Source of the DNA: Verrucomicrobiota bacterium
GTDB lineage: Bacteria > Verrucomicrobiota > Verrucomicrobiia > Limisphaerales > SXQI01
NCBI GenBank assembly: GCA_033762115.1
Contig: JANRLX010000050.1
Span: 1-62,765, forward strand
Direction of reading: 5' to 3'
DNA length: 62,765 nucleotides
Shown here: in pieces, positions 29,876 to 39,738 of the stretch
Numbering within the stretch: position 1 is the first letter of the stretch
Layout of the letters: every line of letters starts with the position of its first letter
Made by a program: the position numbers and the translations under genes
Notes under the pieces: generated by a model
What the model saw: only the letters and a program-made list of their open reading frames with translations
Databases searched by the model: none
What the model was told of the DNA's origin: nothing

Positions 29876-30642
29876 GACGCTGATTTACCGGTCGTCTTTG
29901 GGAAAACAAGATCGCGGAGTTTCGGATCAAAGCCAAACTCTTTCAAAAATTCATCAGTCGGCGCTGAAATACTGACCAATTTTCGGGTGAAAGGATCTTT
30001 ATATCGAATCCCGATGGCCCGCAACGCTATGGGAAATTGTTCACTTTCCGTGCTTGTTTTGACTTTACTGTAAATGGCGTCTCCCAGAATCGCCAGGTCA
30101 CGTCCTGCCAGGTGAACACGGATTTGATGTGTTCGTCCTGTGAGTGGCTTCACCAAAAGCAAGGACCTGTTTCCAACTGTTCCCAGTACTTTAAAATGGG
30201 TTTCCGCCGGCTTTCCCTGGCGGGACAAGCGCATGACTCCACGCACCCCCGGCTTTTCTTCAATGCTTTCCCGGGAGGTCCATTCACTCTCCAGCGAGGG
30301 TGAACCTGTCACCGCCAAATAAGTTTTATCAACCGTTCGTTCTTCGAATAGATCAGTCAGTGGACCTACTGCTCCAGCGCTTTTGGCAAATAAAACAACC
30401 CCGGAGGTTTCACCATCCAATCGATGCACGAAACGGAGGAACTTGAGATTTCGAACCTTCGCCCAATATTCCCTTCCTTCAATCCCGGACATCAAAGCGA
30501 GTTGCAGGTTATACGGTGTTCGGTCCCAGGTGGGAGGCGCGAGCAACCAGCCAGCGGGTTTATCAAGGGCCAATACTGTGCGATCCTCGTAAAGCACCGG
30601 TATGATGGTGCCATCATTTAATTCAATAGGCTCACGAGGCAT
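29866..30642 (-). CDS. RluA-family RNA pseudouridine synthase
   Basis: DKPAG, VHRLDGETSG, TGRTHQIRVH, ILGD.IY. Confidence 0.93.
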   Translation of the reverse strand: MPREPIELNDGTIIPVLYEDRTVLALDKPAGWLLAPPTWDRTPYNLQLALMSGIEGREYWAKVRNLKFLRFVHRLDGETSGVVLFAKSAGAVGPLTDLFEERTVDKTYLAVTGSPSLESEWTSRESIEEKPGVRGVMRLSRQGKPAETHFKVLGTVGNRSLLLVKPLTGRTHQIRVHLAGRDLAILGDAIYSKVKTSTESEQFPIALRAIGIRYKDPFTRKLVSISAPTDEFLKEFGFDPKLRDLVFPKTTGKSASHS

Positions 30643-30664
30643 ACGATTGGCGGAATCAGAGCAA

Positions 30665-30691
30665 TAAAAAAGGCACCCTTGCGGGTGCCTT
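30665..30691 (-). terminator. Intrinsic terminator after the pilin-like gene
   Basis: AAGGCACCC-ttgc-GGGTGCCTT hairpin followed by a T-run on the minus strand. Confidence 0.88.
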
Positions 30692-30712
30692 GTTGTTGCT
30701 AAATCCAGACGA

Positions 30713-31411
30713 TTACTCGCCGACGAAGTTAAAGATATTGGACACGGTTCCAGAGTTCTTCAATGCTTCGCGCAAGCGGGAGGCGCTGAGCTGCTGCACA
30801 GAACCATCACCCATGACAGCGTTGCCTTGATTCTGGTGCATCTTTTGGTCCCAACCAGCATTATTGATGATAGTGTTTTTATCTGCACCCATGTCAACGA
30901 CCTGGGCGGTCGCAGTGTTCTTACGATTGCTGTTGTTTGTCATGTTGCGATCACCTGACAAAAATGATTGGGGAAGTGTTTCGGAAGCATTCAAACCAAT
31001 GCTGTAGCTGAAACCTTTTTGGCCCAAAGTTTTCATATGGCTCAGGAAGTTGGTTGCTTCTGTTTTCCCAGCATCTGAAGGGCAAACGATGATTTTTGGG
31101 GTGCTCAACTCGTTTGACATCACTGTGTAGTGATAATAGTTCGAGACGACGTTGTTGTTATATTCTGATGAGCCACCTTCAGTGACACTCAATTCCATCG
31201 GGAACTTGTCACCGTTGTCAGTTGCAAAAATACGGAAGGCCAGACCCACGTTCTTCAGGTTGTTCACGCATTTGATACGTTGGGCTTTGGCTTTGGCTTT
31301 GGCGAGTGCTGGGAGGAGCATACCCGCGAGAATCGCAATAATTGCGATAACGACGAGGAGTTCGATGAGCGTAAAAGCCCCGATCTTTTGTTTGCGAAAA
31401 ACGCTTTTCAT
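30713..31411 (-). CDS. Prepilin-type N-terminal cleavage/methylation protein with H-X9-DG motif
   Basis: [45 protein letters not shown]. Confidence 0.93.
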   Translation of the reverse strand: MKSVFRKQKIGAFTLIELLVVIAIIAILAGMLLPALAKAKAKAQRIKCVNNLKNVGLAFRIFATDNGDKFPMELSVTEGGSSEYNNNVVSNYYHYTVMSNELSTPKIIVCPSDAGKTEATNFLSHMKTLGQKGFSYSIGLNASETLPQSFLSGDRNMTNNSNRKNTATAQVVDMGADKNTIINNAGWDQKMHQNQGNAVMGDGSVQQLSASRLREALKNSGTVSNIFNFVGE

Positions 31412-31495
31412 ACTTTCTTTCGGTTTATTTGGGTTACGGTTCGCGCACTCTAATGAAACCACTCTCAGAGTGTCAACGCATTTTCATTATTTTTT

Positions 31496-31512
31496 AGCAC
31501 TGATGGTGCCAA
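31496..31512 (-). promoter_or_regulatory. Putative sigma54 (-24/-12) promoter of the pilin-like gene
   Basis: Minus strand TTGGCACCATCAGTGCT, GG-N10-GC spacing. Confidence 0.55.
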
Positions 31513-31634
31513 GTCATTTTCAGGCCAAAAAACCAGCATTTATGCCCCTTTTGAGGCGGCGCGGGGAAATTTTCACGCGCCGTGCGTGGGCCGCACACGA
31601 TCTGTTCGCTGGTATTCCGGCTGGCATGGGGAGG

Positions 31635-33020
31635 TCAGGCAACGGCTGAATCGTACTCGCGATCTTTCAGCACGCCGGGCATCGGCACGGGATATTTGCC
31701 ATCCGGCCCCGCCCGCAAGGGTGCAGGACCGTCAGGGGTCAATTTATCCACGTCAGGGGCGAATTCATGCTCACAATTCAACATTTGATCATAAGTGATC
31801 ACCTGCCCTGTGTGGGCTGCCATTCGCCCCATCGAAGTCACAACACTGGCGGCGACGCCCCGCGGGACTTCATTATATTTTTTTCCATTTCGGATCGCGT
31901 CCATCAAATGTTCCCATTCCAGGAGGTAGGGATCAGGCTCGGGCTGGGGGTAAGCCCAGATCATGTCCTGGCGGGAGACATTCTGTCCCTTGAATAAGCG
32001 GCATTTGGCGGGGCTGTGAGAAGCTGTTGAAACAATCGCCATCCCCTTTGTTCCATGTGCGTAACTGGCAAATTCATCATGGCAACCGTTCATGGTTCGC
32101 CCGTCAAGGAACAGCTTTGTGCCATCATCAAACGTATATTCCACGGAGTATTGGTCGAAATTTTGGTCGACATAATCCTCACGGAAATGGCGGCCTCCGG
32201 TAGCGTGCGCCTTGACGGGCCATTTGTCTTTCATCCAGCAGGTTTCGTCGATGTTGTGAATGTAAAAATCACTGTAGAGACCGCCGCTGGCCCAAAGAAA
32301 ACTATGAAAACGTTGGACCTGGTACATCGTTTCCGTGATCCCTTCCGGCTTTGGCTTGGAGAAGGCAAAACCAACCGGTCCATGCATCCGGTAAGCGCGC
32401 ATGGCAATGATATCGCCGATTTCTCCATTAACCACCCGATCATGTAATTGCTGGCGGGCGTCGCAATGGCGGCACATAAGTCCCACCCCTACCTTAAGGC
32501 CCTTCTTGTCAGCCTCTTCCGAAAGTTGAAGCATTTTGCGGCTGGATGGCCCATCCACTGTGACCGGCTTTTCCATGAAGACGTTCACCCCTTTTTCGAT
32601 GGCATACTTGAAGTGGACCCAGCGAAACGCCGGAGGTGTGGTAAAAAGAGCGACATCACCCGGTTTCAAGACGTCAATTGCCTGTTTGTAAGCATCAAAA
32701 CCGATAAATTTCCTGTCATCAGCGACATCCACCTTTTCGGCGAAATTTTCCTTAAGGGACTTGTAGCTTCCAGCAAGTCGATGCTCGAAGACGTCTGCCA
32801 TCGCCACCAGTTTGACAGGTCCTTTTGTGGTGTTGAGGGCATTGACTGTGGCGCCACTGCCTCGGCCCCCGCAGCCGATCAATGCCAGGCTGATAGTGTC
32901 ATCACTTTGAGCATGGATAAAGGGCAACTTCACTCCGGCAAGGGCTGAGACAGCTGCGATTTGCCCGGTGGTTTTAATGAAAGAACGTCGCGACGTGAGA
33001 TTTTCGGAAGGTTGGGTCAT
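31635..33020 (-). CDS. Tat-exported Gfo/Idh/MocA oxidoreductase
   Basis: SRRSFIK Tat motif, LIGCGGRG, MEKPV, IHNID. Confidence 0.92.
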   Translation of the reverse strand: MTQPSENLTSRRSFIKTTGQIAAVSALAGVKLPFIHAQSDDTISLALIGCGGRGSGATVNALNTTKGPVKLVAMADVFEHRLAGSYKSLKENFAEKVDVADDRKFIGFDAYKQAIDVLKPGDVALFTTPPAFRWVHFKYAIEKGVNVFMEKPVTVDGPSSRKMLQLSEEADKKGLKVGVGLMCRHCDARQQLHDRVVNGEIGDIIAMRAYRMHGPVGFAFSKPKPEGITETMYQVQRFHSFLWASGGLYSDFYIHNIDETCWMKDKWPVKAHATGGRHFREDYVDQNFDQYSVEYTFDDGTKLFLDGRTMNGCHDEFASYAHGTKGMAIVSTASHSPAKCRLFKGQNVSRQDMIWAYPQPEPDPYLLEWEHLMDAIRNGKKYNEVPRGVAASVVTSMGRMAAHTGQVITYDQMLNCEHEFAPDVDKLTPDGPAPLRAGPDGKYPVPMPGVLKDREYDSAVA

Positions 33021-33111
33021 ACTTTCTTATGAGACGTCAGATGACCCTTGTCAAATTCAAGTTATGCAACGATTAGCTTGAACGGTTTTCGAGGGTGGAC
33101 ACAATCAAGCC

Positions 33112-34071
33112 ATGCCTTCTCATAATTCCAGACGACATTTTTTGCATCAAACAGCCCTCCTGTGCGCCGCTGTCACGATTCGCTCCAGTTCTTCCCTGGG
33201 AAAGGAAAGCAAAGCAGGAATGAAGATCTGTCTGACTCCCGGCTCCATTGGGGTCTCGGCGAACCAGAGTGAGACTATCGAACTGGCTCATCGGCATGGA
33301 TACGACGCGGTGGAACCTTTTGGAACGCAACTGGCGCAACTGAATGAGGAGCAACTTCGCGAGCTGTTTCACAGTTTAAAATCCAGGAACCTGGTCTGGG
33401 GTGCGGCTGGATTAACAGCGGATTTCCGGGGAGAGGAAGCAAAGTTCCAGGCAGGCTTGTCGGAACTGCCAAAAATTTCCAAAGCATTGCAAAAGGCTGG
33501 AGTAACTCGAGTCGGCACCTGGATCATGCCGTGTCATCATGAATTGACTTACCTTGAAAATTTCAAGCAACACGTCCGCCGTCTGCGGGCGGCGGCGGCA
33601 ATCCTGAAGGACCAGGGGCAACGGCTGGGCCTTGAATACATCGGCACTCAAACCCTGAGAAACAGCCGAAAATATCCATTTATCCATACGATGCAGGAAA
33701 CCAGGGAATTGATTGCGGAAATCGGGACTGGAAATGTGGGCTTTGTTTTGGACACATGGCATTGGTGGACGGCGGGAGACACGGCAGCGCAGATTCATTC
33801 TTTCAAGAGCGAAGATGTGATTTCTGTGGACTTGAACGATGCCCCGGCAGGCATCCCAATTGAGCAGCAAATGGATGGACAGCGGGAACTCCCTTCCGCC
33901 ACAGGAGTGATCCCGGCAAAGGAGTTCCTGGAGGCGCTGGTCCGGATTGGCTATACCGGGCCGATCCGCCCCGAGCCATTCAACAAAATTTTAAATGACA
34001 TGGACAATGAAACCGCATGCGCCACAGCGGTTTCAGCAATGAAAAAGGGGTTGGCGTTGATCGGAAGCTGA
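33112..34071 (+). CDS. Tat-exported sugar phosphate isomerase/epimerase (TIM barrel)
   Basis: SRRHFL Tat motif, LGLEY, DTWHW, RELP..TG, GYTGPI.PE. Confidence 0.88.
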   Translation: MPSHNSRRHFLHQTALLCAAVTIRSSSSLGKESKAGMKICLTPGSIGVSANQSETIELAHRHGYDAVEPFGTQLAQLNEEQLRELFHSLKSRNLVWGAAGLTADFRGEEAKFQAGLSELPKISKALQKAGVTRVGTWIMPCHHELTYLENFKQHVRRLRAAAAILKDQGQRLGLEYIGTQTLRNSRKYPFIHTMQETRELIAEIGTGNVGFVLDTWHWWTAGDTAAQIHSFKSEDVISVDLNDAPAGIPIEQQMDGQRELPSATGVIPAKEFLEALVRIGYTGPIRPEPFNKILNDMDNETACATAVSAMKKGLALIGS

Positions 34072-34166
34072 AAACTTCGGGATAAGCCCCAGGTGTTCAG
34101 CGCAGTCCTCCGGCCTTGTTGTGCTTGATGTTTCAATTTTCGCGGAACATCATGCCCGCCTTTGCT

Positions 34167-35756
34167 ATGCACATAATGGTTTGTGATCCGGTTTCCCCGA
34201 AAGGGATTGCGCTTCTTCAACAACAGTCGCAATTCAAGGTGACTGTACTTAGCAAGCGATTGCCGGAAGCTGAGCTGATTCCACTGGTCGCAGATGTGGA
34301 GGCGATGGTGGTGCGTTCCGAAACAAAGATCACGCGGAAGTTGATCGAAGCGGCTCCGAAGCTGAAAGTTGTCGGCCGCGCCGGTGTGGGGGTTGACAAT
34401 GTGGATGTGGAGGCTGCGACGCAACGGGGTATCGTTGTGATGAACACGCCCAGCGGAAATACCATTTCCACCGCTGAACTGACTTTTTCAATGTTAATGG
34501 CGCTTGCCCGGAAAATACCGCAGGCCCACATGTCGATGTTTAACGGGGAATGGAACCGCAAGGCATTCTCCGGGGTGGAACTTTATAACAAAACCCTGGG
34601 CATCTGCGGAATGGGCCGCATCGGCAGCGAGGTGGCTCGCCGTGCCATTGCTTTCGGCATGCGAGTCCTGGCTTACGATCCGTATCTTGCCTTGTCGCGG
34701 GCAAAGGCATTGCAGGTGGAACTTGTTGAGCTGGATGAAATTTATCAACGGTCAGATTTCATCACAGTGCACATGCCAATGAGCGATGAGACCAAAGGGA
34801 TGATCAACAAGAACGCCTTTGCGAAAATGAAAAAAGGGGTGCGGATCCTCAATTGTGCGCGGGGTGGAATTGTCAATGAACCGGATTTGATCGAAGCGAT
34901 TCAGGGCGGGCATGTCGCCGGGGCAGCTTTGGACGTTTACGAGACCGAGCCGCTGCCGGTGGATTCTCCATTGCGAAAATTGCCGCAGGTGATCATGACC
35001 CCGCATTTGGGGGCGAGCACTGATGAAGCCCAGGAAAATGTGGGTATTGAAGTGGCGGAAGCGATTACGGATTACCTGCTCAATGGGGCAGTGCGCAATG
35101 CGGTGAACCTGCCCAATCTGGATGCCAAAACTTACGCGATCGTCAAACCGTTCCTTCATCTGGGCACTCAGCTTGGGCGAATGGTGGCGCAACTGGCCCC
35201 GAAGCGGAATGATCGCCTGGTGATCACTTATGGGGGAAAAGCTGCGGAAATTCCTACCGATCCAGTGACCCGCTCCATTTTGAAAGGCTTTTTGGAATCA
35301 GCGGGTGGAAAGGATGTGAACCAGGTCAATGTGCGAACCATGGCCACGTCACTGGGGCTCCTAGTGGAGGAAGTCCGGTCGACTGAAGAAATGGATTACA
35401 CCGAATGGCTGCATGTTGCGGCTTTTTCAGGAGAACAGAAAATTTCTGCCGGCGGCACTTTTTACGGTTCCCAGAACAATCCACGGATCGTGCGCATTTT
35501 CAGCAGACCGGTGGAAGTGGTGCCCTCTGGCGTTCTGTTTTTCATGACGAACAAGGACAGGCCGGGAATCGTCGGTTATATTGGCACTCTCATGGGGAAA
35601 TATAAGATCAATATCGCCAGCATGAGTTTAAGCCGGGAGAAACAGGGTGGAGAAGCGCTCACGGTTTTAAATCTTGATAGCGTTCCGCCGCAGGAACTTT
35701 TGGATGAAGTGCAAAGTGATCCCGATATTCGTAATGTCAAAGTGGTCAATCTTTAA
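34167..35756 (+). CDS. serA: D-3-phosphoglycerate dehydrogenase
   Basis: GRAGVGVDNVD, GMGRIG, NCARGG, TPHLGAST, C-terminal ACT domain (NKDRPG). Confidence 0.96.
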   Translation: MHIMVCDPVSPKGIALLQQQSQFKVTVLSKRLPEAELIPLVADVEAMVVRSETKITRKLIEAAPKLKVVGRAGVGVDNVDVEAATQRGIVVMNTPSGNTISTAELTFSMLMALARKIPQAHMSMFNGEWNRKAFSGVELYNKTLGICGMGRIGSEVARRAIAFGMRVLAYDPYLALSRAKALQVELVELDEIYQRSDFITVHMPMSDETKGMINKNAFAKMKKGVRILNCARGGIVNEPDLIEAIQGGHVAGAALDVYETEPLPVDSPLRKLPQVIMTPHLGASTDEAQENVGIEVAEAITDYLLNGAVRNAVNLPNLDAKTYAIVKPFLHLGTQLGRMVAQLAPKRNDRLVITYGGKAAEIPTDPVTRSILKGFLESAGGKDVNQVNVRTMATSLGLLVEEVRSTEEMDYTEWLHVAAFSGEQKISAGGTFYGSQNNPRIVRIFSRPVEVVPSGVLFFMTNKDRPGIVGYIGTLMGKYKINIASMSLSREKQGGEALTVLNLDSVPPQELLDEVQSDPDIRNVKVVNL

Positions 35757-36735
35757 GCGTTCGCTGGCAGCCACGATCTGTTTCCTGGCTGCCTGTTCAA
35801 TCTTACCTCTATTCGCCGCCGCCCCTTTGTTCGAGGACAAAATCCTCGCAAAAGGCAAGGGGGTGGAGGTGCGGAGCAGCCAGGTGGAGGAAGCTCTGAT
35901 TGCGTTTAAAGCAAACCGCGCAGCTTCCGGGCAGCCAGTTCCACGTTCCCAGGAAAAAGCCATTGAAAAGGAAATCCTGGATCGCCTGATTTCCACCCAG
36001 CTATTCCTTGCCCGCGCCAAACCGGAGGATGAAGCCAGGGGAAAGGAAATGGCGAGGAAGTTTATTGAGGAAAACAAGTCCAAAGCTCCTTCCGAAGCGG
36101 CATTTTACAGGCAAATTCGCGCAGGCGGATTAACACCGGAACAATTCGTCAAGCAAGTGGAGGAACAGGCAGTGGTCAAGGCGGTGATTGATCGGGAACT
36201 CAAAAGCAAAGTCAATATCACAGCTGAGGACATGAAAAAATTTGAGGCGGAGAACCCGTCTCTTTTCGTCGAACCGGAGCAACTTCGCGCCAGTCACATT
36301 CATCTTTCATTCAAGGACCCGATCACAAAGGAACCGCTGTCAGGTGAAGCACGGGCGGCAAAGAAAAAATTGATTGAAGAGTTGAGGTCGCGAGCTCTTA
36401 AAGGGGAGGATTTTGCCAAACTGGCGCGTGAGCATAGCGAGGATGCGAATTCAAAAGAAAAGGGAGGCGAGTACAAGTTCAGCAAGGGGCAAATGCCTCC
36501 GGAATTTGAAGCTGCCGCATTCTCCCTCAAACCTGATCAATTAAGCGAGGTCGTGACCACTCGCTATGGCTACCATATCATCAAACTGCACGAACGAATT
36601 GATTCAGGAAAAATTCCACTGAAGGAAGTGGAGGAAAAAGTTCGGGAGATCATGGTGCAAAAATCGATCCAGGCGGAACTGCCGAAATTCCTCGAGCAAC
36701 TCCGCAAGGAAGCCGAACTGGTCGAGACCCCCTGA
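35734..36735 (+). CDS. PrsA/SurA-like parvulin peptidyl-prolyl isomerase
   Basis: Signal peptide, RASHI, FAKLA..HSED, PEFEAAAFSL, YGYHIIK. Confidence 0.92.
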   Translation: MSKWSIFKRSLAATICFLAACSILPLFAAAPLFEDKILAKGKGVEVRSSQVEEALIAFKANRAASGQPVPRSQEKAIEKEILDRLISTQLFLARAKPEDEARGKEMARKFIEENKSKAPSEAAFYRQIRAGGLTPEQFVKQVEEQAVVKAVIDRELKSKVNITAEDMKKFEAENPSLFVEPEQLRASHIHLSFKDPITKEPLSGEARAAKKKLIEELRSRALKGEDFAKLAREHSEDANSKEKGGEYKFSKGQMPPEFEAAAFSLKPDQLSEVVTTRYGYHIIKLHERIDSGKIPLKEVEEKVREIMVQKSIQAELPKFLEQLRKEAELVETP

Positions 36736-36812
36736 ATTTGTTTCTAACAAATCCAGTTAATCCCTGATGGTATTTCGGTTCCGCTGCTTCATCCTTTCTC
36801 GAGGAGAAAAGC

Positions 36813-37676
36813 ATGGGAACAGAGCAGGAACCACTCAATCCACCCCAGCATCAAAGCACCCAGCCGGGCGAGGAAAACAAGATGCACCCGCGCCCACGCG
36901 CCGAGGTGTTGCACCAGGTCGGCACAGGAAAGCTGGCGGGAAAGGTGGCAATCATCAGTGGCGGTGATAGTGGCATTGGGCGGGCCGTTGCCATCGCATT
37001 TGCCCGTGAAGGCGCGAAGCTTGCAGTTCTCTACCTGAACGAACATGAGGATGCCAAGGAAACGGAAAGGTTGATCCAGGCTGAGAGGAGTGAGTGCCTG
37101 CTGCTTTCAGGAGATATTGGGGAGGAGAGCTTTTGCCGGGATGCGATCAGGCGGACGGTGGAACGGTTTAAGCGACTTGATGTGGTGGTCAATAATGCCG
37201 CGGAGCAGCATCCGAAGCAAACTCTGGAAGAGATCAGTGAAGAACAGCTGGTTCGCACCTTTCGGACGAATATATTTTCCTATTTTTTCCTGACGAGGGC
37301 GGCGCTTCCTCATCTGAAGGAAGGCAGCGCGATTATCAACACCACCTCAGTGACAGCTTACAGAGGGAGTTCACATCTGCTTGATTATTCCGCCACAAAA
37401 GGGGCCATCGTTTCCTTTACCCGTTCGCTTTCTGAAAATCTGGTGAAAAGAGGAATCCGAGTGAACGGGGTTGCGCCCGGGCCAATCTGGACTCCGTTAA
37501 TCCCTGCCACATTTCCGGCAGAAAAGGTTGGGAAATTCGGAAGCCAGGTGCCGATGGGGCGTCCGGGCGAGCCGTCTGAAGTGGCGCCCTGTTACGTTTT
37601 TCTCGCCTCGCAGGATTCAACCTATATCAGTGGGCAGGTGCTTCATCCCAATGGCGGGGAAATCATCAATGGTTAG
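36813..37676 (+). CDS. SDR oxidoreductase (YdaD/general stress protein 39-like)
   Basis: GGDSGIG, NNAAEQH, YSATK, APGPIWTPL. Confidence 0.92.
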   Translation: MGTEQEPLNPPQHQSTQPGEENKMHPRPRAEVLHQVGTGKLAGKVAIISGGDSGIGRAVAIAFAREGAKLAVLYLNEHEDAKETERLIQAERSECLLLSGDIGEESFCRDAIRRTVERFKRLDVVVNNAAEQHPKQTLEEISEEQLVRTFRTNIFSYFFLTRAALPHLKEGSAIINTTSVTAYRGSSHLLDYSATKGAIVSFTRSLSENLVKRGIRVNGVAPGPIWTPLIPATFPAEKVGKFGSQVPMGRPGEPSEVAPCYVFLASQDSTYISGQVLHPNGGEIING

Positions 37677-38463
37677 TTTTTGCCAGCAGAAGAATCAGCG
37701 CGCCGAGGACAATTCGGTACCATCCAAAAATATTGAATGTATGTGTCTGCACATATTTCAATAACCAGCGCACGACAATGAATGCAGTCACGGCTGCGAC
37801 CACGCTGCCAAAGGCAAGCATCCCCCAGTCCACCGGGCCGGTTTCCTGAGGGTTCTTGAGTGCTGAAACAATCTCAAGGGCACCTGCCGAAAGCAGGGTG
37901 GGAATGCCGAGCAAAAAGGAGAATTCCGTGACTGCTGGGCGTTTGATCCCCATGGCCAGGCCCATCAGGATGGTTGATCCCGAGCGGGAGAGGCCGGGAA
38001 AAATGATGGCCAGAAGCTGGCCGATTCCAATGGCAATAGCCACTCTCCAGGTCACTTCATTACGCAATTCCCTGTTCCTCAGGCTGGCTTCAATGACCAG
38101 GATCAGCACGCCGCCAATCAAGGTGGCCCAGGCGATTGGCACCACATCTTCCTGCAGGCGAAAATCGAGTTTTTTCAGCGTCAGCCCTCCCATGACCGTG
38201 AGCATGAATGCCGTTCCCAGTTTCAGGAGAAAAAGACGTGTCTCCGGTTCATGCAACCGGGTGAAGATTTGTTTCAACCGTTCAGTGAACACCATCAGGA
38301 CGGCCAGGACCGCGCCGCTTTGGACGACTGCGATGAACACTTCCGATTGCTTGTAAGGCAACCAGTTCTGGGCCAGCAGCATGTGACCGGTGGAAGAGAT
38401 GGGAAGAAATTCTGTAATTCCTTCAATGACACCCAGGATTAAAACCGCAAGCCACTCAGGCAT
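37666..38463 (-). CDS. uppP: Undecaprenyl-diphosphate phosphatase
   Basis: EGITEFLPISSTGH, PGLSRSGST, EFSFLL. Confidence 0.96.
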   Translation of the reverse strand: MPEWLAVLILGVIEGITEFLPISSTGHMLLAQNWLPYKQSEVFIAVVQSGAVLAVLMVFTERLKQIFTRLHEPETRLFLLKLGTAFMLTVMGGLTLKKLDFRLQEDVVPIAWATLIGGVLILVIEASLRNRELRNEVTWRVAIAIGIGQLLAIIFPGLSRSGSTILMGLAMGIKRPAVTEFSFLLGIPTLLSAGALEIVSALKNPQETGPVDWGMLAFGSVVAAVTAFIVVRWLLKYVQTHTFNIFGWYRIVLGALILLLAKTNH

Positions 38464-38474
38464 GATAAGCAAAA

Positions 38475-38846
38475 TTAAGGGATTTTGATTTTCCAGCCCG
38501 CTTCAACCAACCCTTTGTATCCTCCCTGCAAGGAGAACACATTGCGATAACCCATCCGCTGGGCAGCCTCGGCACTGAGAATGGACCGGTAACCACCCCC
38601 GCAATAAAGGATCAGCTCGGTTTCAGGGTTGGGGACCTGCTTTTCCAGGTCGCGTTCCAAAATCCCTTTCCCAAGGTGAACCGCCCCTTCCGCGTGGCCC
38701 TGGGTCCATTCATGGTCTTCGCGAATATCAATCAGGACCGCATTCGGGTTTGCCTCAAGGCGCTGCTTGAGTTGCTCCGGAGCAATTTCCTTCACATGAG
38801 GTTTTGCTTCATTGACGATTTTGAGAAAGCCGGGTGAGTGCACCAT
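38475..38846 (-). CDS. Single-domain rhodanese/sulfurtransferase
   Basis: IDIRE..EW..GH, LYCGGGYRS. Confidence 0.92.
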   Translation of the reverse strand: MVHSPGFLKIVNEAKPHVKEIAPEQLKQRLEANPNAVLIDIREDHEWTQGHAEGAVHLGKGILERDLEKQVPNPETELILYCGGGYRSILSAEAAQRMGYRNVFSLQGGYKGLVEAGWKIKIP

Positions 38847-38910
38847 GCGGTGAGACAGTAACGAGTAGGATGTAATGGTCAATGCTGCTCGGAGGAGAGC
38901 ACCTTTTTCT

Positions 38911-38939
38911 TTGAACTCCCCTGCCTCCTCCCGTAAAAG
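38911..38939 (+). promoter_or_regulatory. Putative leaderless promoter of parA-trpS
   Basis: TTGAAC-17 nt-TAAAAG-6 nt-GTG. Confidence 0.55.
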
Positions 38940-38945
38940 CACTGC

Positions 38946-39737
38946 GTGCCAACCAGAGTCATCGCAGTAGCCAATCAGAAGGGAGGTGTCGGGAAGACGA
39001 CGACTTCAGTGAATGTGGCTGCCTGTCTCGCTGCCATGGGACAGAGAATCCTGCTGATTGACCTCGATCCACAGGCAAATGCCACCAGCGGAGTTGGGCT
39101 TGAGAAAATTGCCGGAGCAAGCGCCTACGGGGCATTGGTGGGGGAGGATCTGCTGGAGGAGAAAATTGTCAAAACCGAGTTCGAGCGTCTTGAAATGATT
39201 CCCAGCGAACTGGATATGTGCGGCGCAGAAGTTGAACTGGCGAAAGTGGAGAATTATATTCTGCGGTTCCGGACGTTGATCGAACCAATCAAGGCTGGCG
39301 GACGGTTCGATTTGATCATCGTGGATTGCCCTCCTGCCCTGGGGATTTTAACCTTGAACGTATTCGCGGCAGCTGACTGGCTGGTTGTGCCACTTCAATG
39401 TGAGTATTATGCACTCGAAGGGATCTCCAGCATCAATCGCCTGATAGGCCAGATCCGGGAGAATGGAATTAATCCCCAAATCGAGTTGCTGGGCGTGGTC
39501 ATGACCATGTTCGATGGACGCACTCGTCTTTCGGCGCAGGTGGTCAGTGAGGTTCGGCAACATTTTGGGGAAACAGTTTTTGAGACTGTCATTCCGCGGA
39601 CGACCCGCCTGGCTGAAGCGCCAAGTTTTGGCAAACCGATCATCCATTATGACAAATACAGCGCGGGAGCATCGGCATACGAAGTCCTCAGCGGTGAATT
39701 GATGAAGCGGGTGCAAGCCCGATTACAATCCCAGTAA
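38946..39737 (+). CDS. parA: ParA/Soj family ATPase
   Basis: NQKGGVGKTTT, DLDPQANAT, DCPP, QCEYYALEG, RLAEAPSFG. Confidence 0.93.
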   Translation: MPTRVIAVANQKGGVGKTTTSVNVAACLAAMGQRILLIDLDPQANATSGVGLEKIAGASAYGALVGEDLLEEKIVKTEFERLEMIPSELDMCGAEVELAKVENYILRFRTLIEPIKAGGRFDLIIVDCPPALGILTLNVFAAADWLVVPLQCEYYALEGISSINRLIGQIRENGINPQIELLGVVMTMFDGRTRLSAQVVSEVRQHFGETVFETVIPRTTRLAEAPSFGKPIIHYDKYSAGASAYEVLSGELMKRVQARLQSQ

Positions 39738-39738
39738 C

